Notes under the pieces: model-generated | Databases searched by the model: none | The model's input: only the letters and a program-made list of their open reading frames with translations | Told to the model about the DNA's origin: nothing | Translations under genes and position numbers: made by a program | Source: Meyerozyma guilliermondii | Taxonomy: Eukaryota | Assembly (NCBI GenBank): GCA_051546255.1 | Contig: CP128817.1 | Location: forward strand, 1,488,001-1,552,000 | Length of the DNA stretch: 64,000 bases | Direction: 5' to 3' | Shown here: positions 9,157 through 21,200 of the stretch, piece after piece | How positions within the stretch are numbered: position 1 is the first letter of the stretch | Layout of the letters: each line of letters opens with the position of its first letter

Positions 9157-12150
9157 TTAGTTGATGCTGCTCAAAACCTGCTTTGCATCTCCACTGAGCT
9201 GTTCCAACACTCCCGATGTGCCTAGTTGCGCTATGGCTCCCAAGCATCCTCGTTTGATCCCGGCAAAATCATTGCTTTTGACATCTGGTACTGGGTCGAA
9301 TACTTTCCCTTGTATCGATACAATCTTGGAAAATTGCGAACCGTACGACGAACTTTCCAAGTCAAGTTCATCCACGGCAACGGCAGCCGGGTGTTGTCCT
9401 CCAGTACTAGATGCCACAGCAACGTTGGTGTTTTTCTGTAAGCCTTCTAAAGTAGAAAGATTTTTGGCCAATTGCTCAACTACTGCAACTAGTTGGTCGC
9501 TGTATCTTCCAGATGTAAAAGCAGTGGATCTTGCAAATTGCAGCAACCCAAAAGTTGCAAGTTTCTTGTCTTGCAAATTAGCCAACGACGACGACGTGGG
9601 TAAAATAAAACTCTTCAAAATCTGGCCAAATACTCCCGGTTGGGCAGAATCAATGAGGTCCACTGCAAAGTCTGCGTTGATCAAGGAATGAGTCTTTTTG
9701 GAAAGGTCTTGGTTCATGGGAACGCATGCTAATGTACAAATAAATACCACAAACTTCTTGACAAATTTCTCAGTTCTTGAGCTCTTCAATCTTGTCAAAA
9801 GAAGCACGGCGATATCTTTCAAATAATGCGATAATGATGACACGGGAATAGAGAATATAATCGCCTGCAACAACTCGAATCCATGTACGTCATTAACTTT
9901 GGAGGCAATTAACTTTTGAAACACACCCAAAAGCGGCGTCAATGAATTGTCATTTTGTCCAAACACTGAGGGATCTTGTTCAAGAATCGCAATCAAGAGT
10001 CTGGTGATGCCTGGAATGTTACCTCTGTACTCCCATGCAGCTGGAGACAAGAGTGGCTTAATAAGATGACCGTAGCTTCCAGGTAAAGGATGTCCAGATG
10101 GGTAAAGTTCAAGAAGATATGCTAAGATTTGGAAAGTGTATGGAATAAATTCTTGAACGTCGTTTCCCAATACTTCGAGTAAAGGCGGCATGATTAGGTC
10201 CACGTAGTTTCCCACGATCTGGTCTGTGTGGGCGCCAAACTTCAAGAGTAATCCAAGACTTTCGAAAACATAGTGTGAAAATTTCGGGTTTGATGGATTT
10301 TTTGAAGTGATCTCAATGATTTTGAGAAGCTGAGTGATGATAGTAGATCTAAATTTGGTGTCGTTCTCATTGGATGAACTGTCCAACTTATTTTCAGCGG
10401 TGTTGAGGACTTTCATCAAGCATTTCACGAGAAATTCGTTCTCAGCGAGCTTCTCAGGAACACTACTGTTCCCTGATAATATCAATGCAAACAAGTTGGT
10501 GACGAGATCGTGGATGAAAGGCTGTACGTCATCTTTGTTAAACACTGGCGCATGGCTGGCATCCGAAAAACTGGACATAGAAAGCAACTTTTCGATGGTT
10601 ATTGCCGAGTAGGTGTACACCACTGGGTTTGAGCTTTTGAGGTGCTGAATTAAAAGTGGAAGCGTATCAAGTAACTGAGCCTTCGTCAACTGGTTTCTAA
10701 ATGTTAGGATGTACTTGATAGCGTCAGCCTTCAATATGGCATGAATGGAGTTGTCTGTTTGAACCAAGTCGTTGGCGATGTTTTCTGAAAAGAATTTTAC
10801 AACATCAACCAAAACGTTGGTGGATGTAACACCTGCGTTGGTGATGGAACCCTTTGCAGCAAGTGAGCTGAATAGGAAAATTGCTGTATCTTTGTGCTTC
10901 CAATCGTCTTTGGACGAAAGAAATTGGTTGACATAATGCATCACTGTGTTTGTCAAAAGTTCTGTGTTGACTTCTTTGAGCTCTCTCAAGAAATCAGTAG
11001 CAGATTTCCGTCTCGAATCGAAATCAGAACCTTCGAGGTCCGAGCGAACAAATTGAATGGGATCATCTTCAAACATTTCCTCGTCAACCTCACGGAAGTA
11101 TATATTGGGAAGAATGATCTTTTCGATAATTTCTTTCAACGAGTCACTGCTGTTGAACATGCCTTGGTATTTTGCCATTTTTGTGACCGAAGTCAAGAAC
11201 GAAAGCGACTTGACCACGAGTAAATCGAACTTTTGCTGGTTGGTAATGTATGAGTTGATGAGCTTCCACACGGTGGTGATGAAGTTCTCTATTAAAGGCT
11301 CGAAAACGTCGGCGTAACGGGTGACATATAAGGAGATAAGCTCGATAATAGCCGACTTGGTTTTGATTAGAACATCGACATCTTCATCTGAGTCAGGATC
11401 TGTGAGCAAAGTGGTTTCTAGACTCAAATATTTGTGCATTATTTCCATTCCTGAAACCATGTTATCTTCGAAAAACTCGGGAATGTCTTGACAGTTGAGA
11501 TCGTAGTAGATTTGAACTAGTAATAAAAGACACTCCATGTAGATTGAAAGCGACGCTTTATCGTTGTTTGCCAAGCTTTGGGAGATCAACTCGTCGCTCT
11601 TCACCAACAATGCCATGAACGGCTCCGCAAACTTGGAGAGAACCAATTTGATTTCTAAAAACAACTCGTCGGACCGAAATAATGGTCTCCATCTCTTGAA
11701 GATAGAATGCGCCACCAATAGTATTCCCTTGTTGAGCACGAAGTCATCGAGCGAGAGCTTGTTGACCAACTCATCGACGAGCCCTGGCCATTTGTGTGGG
11801 AAATCCGAATCAGCAATGATGGAAATTGACTCGCCAATTTGGATCTGAAGTTGGCTCGGTAAAGTGATCATAATTCCCAAGATTTCCGACTTCAAATGCT
11901 CACAATCTTCGACAGGGAGCAAGTATTCTCCATCTTCATTCACCCACCGTCTTCTGATCAAATTCTTGAAGAATAATGCCGCTGCTAATCGAACACCTGC
12001 TTGCAAGTTGGAAGAGGCGACGATGTGTAGCAAATTTATCAGGAACCCCGGTTGAGACTCGAGGCTTCTCAATGACGATTCCGCTTGCTTGGCATGTTGG
12101 GGAGAAAGCGACAGCTCCAAATACTGGGCGATTGTTTCTAGGTTGTTCAT
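9157..12150 (-). CDS. CSE1: Exportin-2 (importin-alpha re-exporter)
   Basis: IBN_N domain, HSIFKRWRPLFRSDELFLEIKLVL, DLNCQDIPEFFEDN, FEDDPIQFVRSDLEGSD. First ATG at 12150. Confidence 0.96.
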   Translation of the reverse strand: MNNLETIAQYLELSLSPQHAKQAESSLRSLESQPGFLINLLHIVASSNLQAGVRLAAALFFKNLIRRRWVNEDGEYLLPVEDCEHLKSEILGIMITLPSQLQIQIGESISIIADSDFPHKWPGLVDELVNKLSLDDFVLNKGILLVAHSIFKRWRPLFRSDELFLEIKLVLSKFAEPFMALLVKSDELISQSLANNDKASLSIYMECLLLLVQIYYDLNCQDIPEFFEDNMVSGMEIMHKYLSLETTLLTDPDSDEDVDVLIKTKSAIIELISLYVTRYADVFEPLIENFITTVWKLINSYITNQQKFDLLVVKSLSFLTSVTKMAKYQGMFNSSDSLKEIIEKIILPNIYFREVDEEMFEDDPIQFVRSDLEGSDFDSRRKSATDFLRELKEVNTELLTNTVMHYVNQFLSSKDDWKHKDTAIFLFSSLAAKGSITNAGVTSTNVLVDVVKFFSENIANDLVQTDNSIHAILKADAIKYILTFRNQLTKAQLLDTLPLLIQHLKSSNPVVYTYSAITIEKLLSMSSFSDASHAPVFNKDDVQPFIHDLVTNLFALILSGNSSVPEKLAENEFLVKCLMKVLNTAENKLDSSSNENDTKFRSTIITQLLKIIEITSKNPSNPKFSHYVFESLGLLLKFGAHTDQIVGNYVDLIMPPLLEVLGNDVQEFIPYTFQILAYLLELYPSGHPLPGSYGHLIKPLLSPAAWEYRGNIPGITRLLIAILEQDPSVFGQNDNSLTPLLGVFQKLIASKVNDVHGFELLQAIIFSIPVSSLSHYLKDIAVLLLTRLKSSRTEKFVKKFVVFICTLACVPMNQDLSKKTHSLINADFAVDLIDSAQPGVFGQILKSFILPTSSSLANLQDKKLATFGLLQFARSTAFTSGRYSDQLVAVVEQLAKNLSTLEGLQKNTNVAVASSTGGQHPAAVAVDELDLESSSYGSQFSKIVSIQGKVFDPVPDVKSNDFAGIKRGCLGAIAQLGTSGVLEQLSGDAKQVLSSIN

Positions 12151-12313
12151 TTGAGCAAACTCGGCGAGTGAGAACAAGATGCGACTTTAATTTGAGATTT
12201 GAAAATTTCATGGACTGTGTACAAGGTTTGGATGTCTATTAGTACTATAAAGGAGCATTATTGCAGGTCAAAACAACACCTACAACAATGACGGCGCCAA
12301 GGTCACCTTCCTA

Positions 12314-13375
12314 TTACTTGTTGGCAACTGGCAATTGTTGAGCGTTCTCCTTTTGCTGTTTTTGTTTGGCAACAGCGTAGAACACACCAGCCAAGAAACC
12401 AACAAAGATGGAAGAAACAGACCAAAAGTTGACAGCGGCATTAAAGAATACCAATCCAGACAACGCGATTGGCAACTTGTTCAAAGCACCCACCATCGAG
12501 TAGGTAGTGGAAGATGTGACTCTAACACACCAAGCGGAACAGTAGGAGATACCAACTGACGAGGCACCAGAAAGAATCATCACGAAAATGGTGGTGTTTC
12601 TGTTGTCAGGGGGGAAATTCTTGTTAAGATTAACAGAAGACCAGTCCTCGAAAAGGAATGAGAATACCAACAAAAGGGGGAGCGACAACAAGTTATTGTA
12701 GTACATGGTGTCGAAGTCCTTGAAGTTGGTCAACTTTATTCTCTTACGCATGATCAACACGAACGCGGCCGAGGAGAAACAGTTGGTGAACATCCAAGCG
12801 TATCCCAAGTACAACAAGTGCATCTCGGCGGTCTTTTCACCGGTTTCCGCAGTGTCACCGTAGTAGGCGATCACCGACGACAAAACCATCAAAATGAACG
12901 AACCCAATGCCATGGTGGTGACCTTTCCACCGAACCAAATCACCTCACCATAAGCGATCAAAATAATTGTCAAGTTTTTGAAAATGGTGTACACGGGAAT
13001 ACTCAAGTATTGCAATGCCTTGGACGAGGTGTAAATCATCAACACCAACAAAAACGCAATGGGGAACCATTTTTTGGCCTCATCCTTGTTGAACTGTCTA
13101 TAAGTGATAATTCCAAGGCCTTTCAAAGTAGCAATCGTGACGAGACACACGGCAGCTTGCACCGCCAAAAGGAAAAAGTTCAAGTTGAACTCATAAGCAC
13201 CCACAACAAACTTGTTGGTGACGGTCATCAAGATCGACGAAGCACAGTACGCAAAGATCGACACGGGACCATTATTGACAATGGAATTGGAAGCACCGAA
13301 CTTTTCCATGATGTGAAATTTTTTGTTAACAGAGTAGAAAATATATCCAAAGAGGTAGCTCAACAATAAACCCAT
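12314..13375 (-). CDS. VRG4: Golgi GDP-mannose transporter
   Basis: [40 protein letters not shown] (GALNK motif). Multi-pass membrane protein. Confidence 0.96.
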   Translation of the reverse strand: MGLLLSYLFGYIFYSVNKKFHIMEKFGASNSIVNNGPVSIFAYCASSILMTVTNKFVVGAYEFNLNFFLLAVQAAVCLVTIATLKGLGIITYRQFNKDEAKKWFPIAFLLVLMIYTSSKALQYLSIPVYTIFKNLTIILIAYGEVIWFGGKVTTMALGSFILMVLSSVIAYYGDTAETGEKTAEMHLLYLGYAWMFTNCFSSAAFVLIMRKRIKLTNFKDFDTMYYNNLLSLPLLLVFSFLFEDWSSVNLNKNFPPDNRNTTIFVMILSGASSVGISYCSAWCVRVTSSTTYSMVGALNKLPIALSGLVFFNAAVNFWSVSSIFVGFLAGVFYAVAKQKQQKENAQQLPVANK

Positions 13376-13967
13376 GCACTGGTTTCAGCAAGCTCCACGT
13401 AGACTATGGAACAACAACAAAAATTTGCAAAAAGCGGTGGATTGAAAGACAACAAAAATCTAATCCGTGCGTATTTGCTGTTCAAATATGATAAAAACAT
13501 TTGCAGGAATTAGATACTTGTCGGGGCGCGCCTGCGGTTACCCGGCACTGGTACCTGAACGCGGTTCAGGCGCAGCGATGTGAGGCGGAGACAATGGGTG
13601 ATTATTCGAAGCGAGCATAACGGGATGACACTATTATTTAATTCAAAATTGTCTTTTGAAAGTCTATATAGCCACAGGTAGCTCTAAAATTTGTTTTGAG
13701 GCGGGAGTTTCATCCTGCACCCAGTCCGATGAGGCGTCGTAAATAGCTGCAAAATGGGCCACGAATGGCATCAATTGGTGAGTTCTAAACAAAAAAGTTA
13801 TGAATTGTCGTTTATGTGTTATGCCAAGTATCCAGAGGAGTCATCCGGTTCTTTAAGTCACTTTTGATCAATATAATGTGACTCGGTTCATTTGGTGTTC
13901 TGCCACAGTCAGATCATTGCTTCACCACGTGCAATTGGCTATGCAGTCGGAACTAGCTTTCGAGCAG

Positions 13968-15560
13968 TTATGCGTAGTCGCCTCGATTGTAGATGCTGAT
14001 GTCCACCTCGGCTTTCACATCCACCATGTCGCTGGCATCGATGCATGCATCGACACTCAAGCCTTTTTTGGCATCTCGAATCCGCTGGTTTTGGGCACGA
14101 ATTTTCTCCAATTCTTGCAAATAGTTGTCTTCGACACCGGTGATGTAGTTACCTGTGAAAACTCCAACCTCGAATTGTTTGATGGTGTCGCTCTTACAAC
14201 AGTCTATCAAGTCTTGTAAATCTTGGTAAAATACCTCGTCGGCTCCAATCACCTTGGCTATCTCTTCTTCATCTCTGTTGAACCCTACAAGAGCCTTGGT
14301 GTCTGCCAAGTCAATTCCGTAGATATGGTTGAATCTGATGGGTGGAGCGCACGATGCGAAATACACTTTTTTAGCTCCGGCTTCTCTGGCCATTTGAACA
14401 ATTTCCTTCGACGTGGTACCTCTCACGATGGAGTCGTCCACCAACAAAACCGTTCTGCCTTTGAATTCGGACTCCATAGCATTCAATTTTCTGCGAACCG
14501 AAGAACGTCTTTCTTGCTGGTTGGGCATGATGAATGTACGTCCAATATACCTGTTTTTGACAAACCCTTCACGGTACGGAATGTTCAACGATACAGCACA
14601 TTGTAACGCCGACGTACGAGCGGTATCGGGCACTGGAATCACCACATCGATCTCGTCGGTGATTTTCTTGTCGGTGAAAAAATTGGCAACTTTTGCAGCA
14701 AGCTTGTTTCCCATTTCAATTCTCGAATGGTACACTGAAACCCCATCAAGAACAGAATCTGGTCTCGAGAAGTAGACATACTCGAAAATATCTGGTGCAA
14801 AAATCTTGGGTTCGACAAGCTGTTTGAATTCTGGCTTCGATCCATCTTTGAGAATAATCACCGCTTCTCCTGGATTGACGTCTCTAAAGTTGTCGAATCC
14901 ATGTGCCTTCAAAACCACCGACTCTGAGGCAATCATATAGTCAGACTTTCCATTGGCAAGTTTTCTTTCTCCATACAAAAGAGGTCGGATACCATTGGGG
15001 TCTCTGAACCCAATAATTCCGTAACCTGCCAACATAGCCACACATGCGTACGCTCCTCTAACGTGCTTCATGGTGCCCTCCAACGCCAGAAAGAGATCGG
15101 CGTTGTTCACACGCAGCTTGTTGAATCTTTCCAACTCAGAAGCAAAGATATTGATCAATAATTCGGAATCGGAATCGGTGTTGATATGACGATGTACGGT
15201 TTCATCCAAATACTTTCTCAAGTCGAGTGAGTTGACCAAGTTTCCGTTATGTGACAACGAGATTCCATATGGAGAATTGACGTAAAATGGCTGGGCTTCA
15301 CTTCCAGCACTAGATCCAGCCGTAGGATAACGTAAATGAGTAAGCCCCATGTTTCCAATCAAGTTGGCCATACGTTGTTCATTGAAAATGTCACGCGCCA
15401 TACCGTTACCCTTGCACTGGTACAATCTTCCTCGAGAACCACAAGTAACGATTCCAGCTGCATCTTGACCCCGATGCTGGAGGTACATGGCACCTTCAAA
15501 TAACTCGGGTGCCACGTTAGCTGATTGGTCAGCGAGCACTATTCCTAGAATACCACACAT
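13968..15560 (-). CDS. ADE4: Amidophosphoribosyltransferase
   Basis: MCGILG Ntn catalytic Cys, LQHRGQDAAG, HLRYPTAG, VLLVDDSIVRGTTS PRPP motif. Confidence 0.98.
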   Translation of the reverse strand: MCGILGIVLADQSANVAPELFEGAMYLQHRGQDAAGIVTCGSRGRLYQCKGNGMARDIFNEQRMANLIGNMGLTHLRYPTAGSSAGSEAQPFYVNSPYGISLSHNGNLVNSLDLRKYLDETVHRHINTDSDSELLINIFASELERFNKLRVNNADLFLALEGTMKHVRGAYACVAMLAGYGIIGFRDPNGIRPLLYGERKLANGKSDYMIASESVVLKAHGFDNFRDVNPGEAVIILKDGSKPEFKQLVEPKIFAPDIFEYVYFSRPDSVLDGVSVYHSRIEMGNKLAAKVANFFTDKKITDEIDVVIPVPDTARTSALQCAVSLNIPYREGFVKNRYIGRTFIMPNQQERRSSVRRKLNAMESEFKGRTVLLVDDSIVRGTTSKEIVQMAREAGAKKVYFASCAPPIRFNHIYGIDLADTKALVGFNRDEEEIAKVIGADEVFYQDLQDLIDCCKSDTIKQFEVGVFTGNYITGVEDNYLQELEKIRAQNQRIRDAKKGLSVDACIDASDMVDVKAEVDISIYNRGDYA

Positions 15561-15650
15561 ACTGCTCTAGTATACTCTAGTATGAAGCGTTGAAAACGGG
15601 TACGAGACTTCGTAACGGGAATGAGATGTGTAGCGATAGCTCGATGAGGA

Positions 15651-15658
15651 CAGAGTCA
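15651..15658 (-). promoter_or_regulatory. TGACTCTG, Bas1/Gcn4-type site upstream of ADE4
   Basis: CAGAGTCA on + strand, about 90 nt upstream of the ADE4 ATG. The same 8-mer lies upstream of ADE12. Confidence 0.55.
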
Positions 15659-16069
15659 AACGAAAAATTAATAACGTGGAGTGCATACAGCCCATCACCC
15701 GCACTGATTTCGCAGCCAATCACTGATATCGCCAAAAGATATATATTCTAAAGGCTATAAAAAATTAAGGACAAAGTCCCATCTATGAGAGCAGCAGCCA
15801 AATAACACCAAAAACAAACTCATAAGTCATTAATAATACATCGATGCAAGGGAAAATGCGGAGGTAAATCTTTACCAAAATTTGGTGCCCAATGGTTCTC
15901 GGGCAAATGCAGTCTATTTTCTTTTCATGCTCAGTTCGATTTAACTTATGATCTTTTTACTTTTGCACATGGCTCTACTCTTCATAAGAGTTAATTTTTC
16001 TTTTTTTTTGTTTTTTTATCTTTTCATCTTTTTTTTCTCTTTCTTTATTTTCTGTGGTGGATTAGTATC

Positions 16070-17713
16070 TCAAAACGGTTGTGACTGGTACTGGCTGTAC
16101 TGACTATGGCCATTGAATTGAGCAGGTACCTGTTGAGGGGGAATTTGGTAATTCTGGTAAGCTTGGGGACCTTGGGGAGGAATGCCCTGGGGATAACCTT
16201 GGGGAAATTGTGGAACTCCTTGTGGAAGCCCTTGTGGAATGCCCTGTGGAATACCTTGAGGAGACCCTTGAGGAATTCCTTGGGGAGACCCTTGTAAACC
16301 CTGAGGAGATCCTTGTAAGCCCTGGGCCTGTGGTGAGCCCTGTGGCACCTGATTGTAGCCTGTATTAGCCTGAGGAGGTTGTTGAGGAAATCCTTGCGAG
16401 GTAGGTTGACCTCTGTATTCGTATCCATTTCTTTTCCGACTATGTTCGTTTCCCTTAGGTAACTCGTCGATCTTGAACGGACGGGGTATCGACGCCTCGT
16501 CTTCAGTAACGTACAAACTTCGGTCGATGTCGCTGGGAATTGGTTTGATCTCGGTGCCCAACTCGGTTTCTATATTGAATAAACTTTTCCGGTCATCCCA
16601 GTGGATGAAATTGATTGCCAAACCCAAGTGGCCAAATCTACCGGACCGACCGATTCTGTGCAAGTAAGTTTCGGCGGTTTTGGGAAAGTCAAAGTTGATG
16701 ACGACATTGACTGCTTGGATATCAATACCTCTAGTCAACAAATCAGAACATACCAAGGTACGAACCGATCCTTGTCTAAACTCATGGAAAACCTTGTTTC
16801 TTGCTTGTTGAGGCATCTTTGCGTGAGAGTAGTAACAAGAGTAGCCCAATTCGGTGATCTTTTTGGCGAGCAATTCAACTCTGTTGGTCGAATTGCAAAA
16901 GATGATCGCCTGATTAATCTTGAGTTTACTGAACAACGTGTTGAGACAGTGAAGCTTTTGTTTTTCTTCGACAAAAGCGTAAAATTGCGAAATACCCCGT
17001 AAGGTAAGTTCGTCCATTAAGTTGATTTCGTAAGGTTTGTTCAAATGCTTATCCATAAACGACTTGACTGCAAGAGGGAAAGTAGCAGAGAACAATAACG
17101 ATTGTCTGTTCTTGGGGAAAAATTCCAAGATCTGCTCGATGATTCCTTTGAATTCTCTGGATAACATTTTATCTGCTTCGTCCATCACAAACATCGGGCA
17201 TTCTGAGAAGTCAGCAATGGACCGCGCAGCCAAATCTAACACTCTACCGGGAGTACCGACTAAAATATGGACCGGCTCGTCCAATCTCATAACATCGTCT
17301 CTTAACAAGGTACCACCAGTAGTAACCATGCATTGGAGTTTCAAGTGTTTGCCTAAAGTTTTCACCACCTGAGAAGTTTGCAAAGCAAGCTCTCTTGTGG
17401 GCACCAAGATCAACACTTGGATTTTATTTAATTTTGTTTTCACTTGCTGTAATGCCGGAATGATAAACGACGCTGTCTTACCGGTTCCGTTCTTGGCTCT
17501 GGCCAATATATCTCTGCCAGCGAGGGCCATAGGAATAGATTCTTCTTGAATAGGAGAAGGTTTTTCAAAACCAGCCTCAAAAATACCCATTAAAAGTTCC
17601 CTTTTCAACCCGAATTCTTCAAATGATTTACCCTGTGTCTTTGTAACATCTTCGGTTTGAGGTCTGGAGTCCTTTGCTGGAATATTGAGGTTCGCTTTCC
17701 AATCATCGGACAT
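16070..17713 (-). CDS. DHH1: DEAD-box RNA helicase and decapping activator (DDX6)
   Basis: [55 protein letters not shown]-rich C-terminal tail. Confidence 0.98.
   Translation of the reverse strand: MSDDWKANLNIPAKDSRPQTEDVTKTQGKSFEEFGLKRELLMGIFEAGFEKPSPIQEESIPMALAGRDILARAKNGTGKTASFIIPALQQVKTKLNKIQVLILVPTRELALQTSQVVKTLGKHLKLQCMVTTGGTLLRDDVMRLDEPVHILVGTPGRVLDLAARSIADFSECPMFVMDEADKMLSREFKGIIEQILEFFPKNRQSLLFSATFPLAVKSFMDKHLNKPYEINLMDELTLRGISQFYAFVEEKQKLHCLNTLFSKLKINQAIIFCNSTNRVELLAKKITELGYSCYYSHAKMPQQARNKVFHEFRQGSVRTLVCSDLLTRGIDIQAVNVVINFDFPKTAETYLHRIGRSGRFGHLGLAINFIHWDDRKSLFNIETELGTEIKPIPSDIDRSLYVTEDEASIPRPFKIDELPKGNEHSRKRNGYEYRGQPTSQGFPQQPPQANTGYNQVPQGSPQAQGLQGSPQGLQGSPQGIPQGSPQGIPQGIPQGLPQGVPQFPQGYPQGIPPQGPQAYQNYQIPPQQVPAQFNGHSQYSQYQSQPF
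16166..16345 (-). repeat. Coding 12-bp minisatellite encoding GxPQ tetrapeptides in the Dhh1 tail
   Basis: ...[50 protein letters not shown]... Confidence 0.85.
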
Positions 17714-18284
17714 TTTCTGGAGGATATTTTTGGGTCAAGGTTGTGTAATGCTGGGATCAGAAGCTTGCTAATAAGTCTACGGTCAAAGTTAAGAGCTTTG
17801 AAGCGGTTTTTGGTGGAGTTTTAGTTGATTAAATTGAACGTGTAATTGTCTCGAAACAAGTTTCCGCAGGGCGATGTGGGCACGACGGCGTCACCCGGAC
17901 GTAGCGGGCTGCGAATTCCTGCGTCTAAGACATGTGAAGCGGCCACACCGAGAGTTATGGCTAGGCTGCAAATGAGTTAAAAATAACGGGATGGACATTA
18001 TAGAGACTTGAATGCTCTGGTATAGACGAATTGAGCTTTTGTGTGTGTGCAAAAGGTTTTAACCTTTAATTTCGAGCCGAATCTCATTATTCTAGAGGCC
18101 AAAGTTGAGCAAAAAGAACCGAATAATGCTAAAAAATGGGAGCTGCTTGTTCTTTAGCTTACTATAAGTGTCAGGGTGTCTTTTCCCTCTTAAATTTTAG
18201 CCCATATTTTTATTTTGCTTCCCTCTCCCACTCTTCCTATTGCTCATTTTCGCATCGCATCGCAGCCAAATTGAACTAAATATA

Positions 18285-21200
18285 ATGAAGCTTTCGCCAC
18301 AAAAAGTCCATGAACTACAACATAATACCGACCAGATCCGAAATATCTGTATTCTAGCACATGTAGACCACGGCAAAACTTCGTTGAGTGACTCGCTTCT
18401 TGCTACAAATGGAATAATTTCACATCGGATGGCAGGCAAAGTTCGCTATCTCGACTCAAGAGAAGACGAACAGCTCCGTGGAATCACCATGGAGTCTTCT
18501 GCCATTTCACTTTACTTCAAGGTGATGAAACAGTCCAAAGATGGGTCGGAATCTGGCATAAAAGAGTACCTTATCAACTTGATTGATTCACCTGGTCACA
18601 TTGATTTTTCATCAGAAGTGTCCACGGCATCCCGTTTATGTGATGGAGCAGTAGTGTTGGTGGATGTGGTGGAAGGAGTGTGCTCGCAAACCGTTAATGT
18701 GCTTAGACAGTGCTGGACAGACAAACTCAAACCGATTTTGGTGCTCAATAAAATCGATCGTTTGATCACAGAATGGAAATTATCGCCAACAGAAGCGTAC
18801 CAGCATCTTTCCAGAACAGTGGAACAGGTCAATTCGGTCATAGGAACGTTCTTTGCTGGCGAAAGAATGGAGGACGACATGCTTTGGAGAGAAAGTGGTT
18901 CCACCACAGAGTTTGTGGAAAAGGACGATAAAGATCTCTACTTTGCTCCAGAAAAAAATAATGTCATATTTGCATCTGCCATCGACGGCTGGGCATTCAG
19001 CGTCAACACATTCGCCAAAATCTACCTGGCAAAGTTGGGTTTTTCTCATACCGTCTTGTCTAAAACTCTCTGGGGTGATTTCTACCTTGACATGAAAAAC
19101 AAAAAAATCATCCCTGGGCCCAAATTGAAGCCCAATCAGTCGTCGCTCAAGCCACTCTTTGTGGGTCTCATTTTGGAACAGATATGGATGATATACCAGA
19201 ATTGTGTTGTGGAGCGGAACCAGGACCGGCTCGAATCTATCATTGAAAAATTGGGTGCAAAAATTGGTCCAAGAGATTTGCGTTCGAAAGATTCCAAGCA
19301 ACTTTTAAACTTGATTATGTCTCAATGGATTCCTGTCAGTCATGCTTTGCTTGGTACGGTTATCAACTTTCTTCCGAGCCCAATCGATGCTCAGCAGCAG
19401 CGGATGCACAAAATTCTTTCTGAGTGTTTGTTTGACGTTTGCTCTGAGCAGCCTAAAAATGAAGTTCTAAGCGAAGAAAATGAAAGAGCCATAGTAGAGT
19501 GCGACAAGACAAGTCCAAACGTCCTTGCTTATGTGTCCAAGATGGTTTCTGTTCCCAATGAAGAGCTCCCTAAAGATATTGAACCGGGTTTGACTGCCGA
19601 AGAATTCATCCAGCGAGGAAGAGAGGCACGAGAACTAGCCAAGAAAGCGTCGGAAGCAGCAGCAGCGTTGCGCGAGGCCACCATGGAAGAAGAGAAGCCA
19701 GCGGAGAAAAAAGACCCATTCGAGTGGGAATTTGAGGAAGACGACTTTGAGCAAGAATCAGATGACGACGAGGATGTTCCTTCTAACGAAACACTTATTG
19801 CTTTTACGAGGGTTTTCTCGGGTCTGCTCAAGGTGGGTCAGACAATTGTTACAGTTGGGCCCAAATACGATCCTTCTTTGCCCATCGACGACGCTCAGAA
19901 TCAAGACCTGGTGAAAGAGACGGTGATCAAAGACCTTTATTTGATTATGGGCCGTCTGTTTTTGAAGATGGATGAAGTTCCAGCGGGAAATATTGTTGGA
20001 GTTGTCGGTCTTGACGACGTTGTGTTGAAAAGTGCCACCATAAGCTCACCTTTGACAACACCATACATCAACTTGGCATCTACATCGACCTTGATTCACA
20101 ATGAACCCATTCTCAAGATTGCAATTGAACCAACAAACCCTGCCAAGCTAAACAAATTGGAGCGTGGTTTGGCACTCTTGTCGAAAGCTGACCCTGTTTT
20201 CGAGTGGTACATTGACGACGAGACAGGAGAGTTGATTATGTGTGTTGCTGGTGAGCTTCATTTAGAACGGTGCTTGAAGGATTTAGAAGAACGGTTTGCC
20301 AAAGGATGCGATGTTTCTGTGAAGGAGCCGGTGATTCCTTTCAGAGAGGGCCTTCTCAGCAACAAGTCTGAGAGCACCTACAAGAAATTACCAGAGAACT
20401 ACACTGTCGAAGGTTTAGACTTGGAGTTAGAAGTGTTGAAGTTGCCGGTGGAAATTACCAACTTTTTGATTTCTCACGAGTCTGATATCTCGACTTTGGT
20501 GTTTGGAAAGCACGATGCCAAGGTTCGTGCACGGACGTCTCTTCGGCGGGAATTTTTAGGTGCTGTCGACGGCATTACCGAGTTCAAAAAAGACATTTTT
20601 GACGGCTGCGAAATCGACACTTGGGAGTCGTTTTTGGACCTTATTGTGTCCATGGGACCCAGAAGAGTGGGACCCAATCTTTTGGTGGAAACAGCACTGA
20701 ACGGCTGCAAATTCGGGCGCATTTTTGGTGATGGTTCTTCGATATCTTCACGGTTTGAGTACGAGAACAATGTGATCAACGGGTTCGAACTCGCAGTCAA
20801 CAACGGACCGCTTTCTTCGGAGCCCATGCAGGGAGTATTGGTGATTATCAAGCGGTCCAATTTTGAAGCTGACGATGGTTCGTTGGTCAATACTTCTGGC
20901 AGGGTGTACCGAGTAACTAGGGACTTGATACACACACATTTCTTGTCCAAGTCGCCCCGTTTATTGTTGGCAATGTACACGTGTGACATTCAAGCCAGCG
21001 GAGAGGTTTTAGGGCGAGTATATGCCGTGGTTCAAAAGAGAGGAGGGTCGATTATTTCAGAGGAGATGAAAGAAGGCAGTCCATTTTTCACCATTGAGGC
21101 TCGAATTCCGGTGGTGGAAGCATTTGGGTTTTCGGAAGAGATCCGCAAGAAGACTTCTGGAGCAGCGAGTCCACAGCTCGTTTTTGACGGCTTTGATTTC

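Noticed and set aside
12818..13369. 183-aa antisense ORF over VRG4
   Set aside because: Shadow ORF caused by strong codon bias of the sense gene.
13838..13884. GAGTCA and TGACTC words between VRG4 and ADE4
   Set aside because: They lie in the ADE4 3' region, far from the VRG4 start. Short words with no supporting context.
16045..16428. 127-aa alternative-frame ORF over the DHH1 tail
   Set aside because: By-product of the 12-bp repeat lacking stops. No frameshift signal seen.
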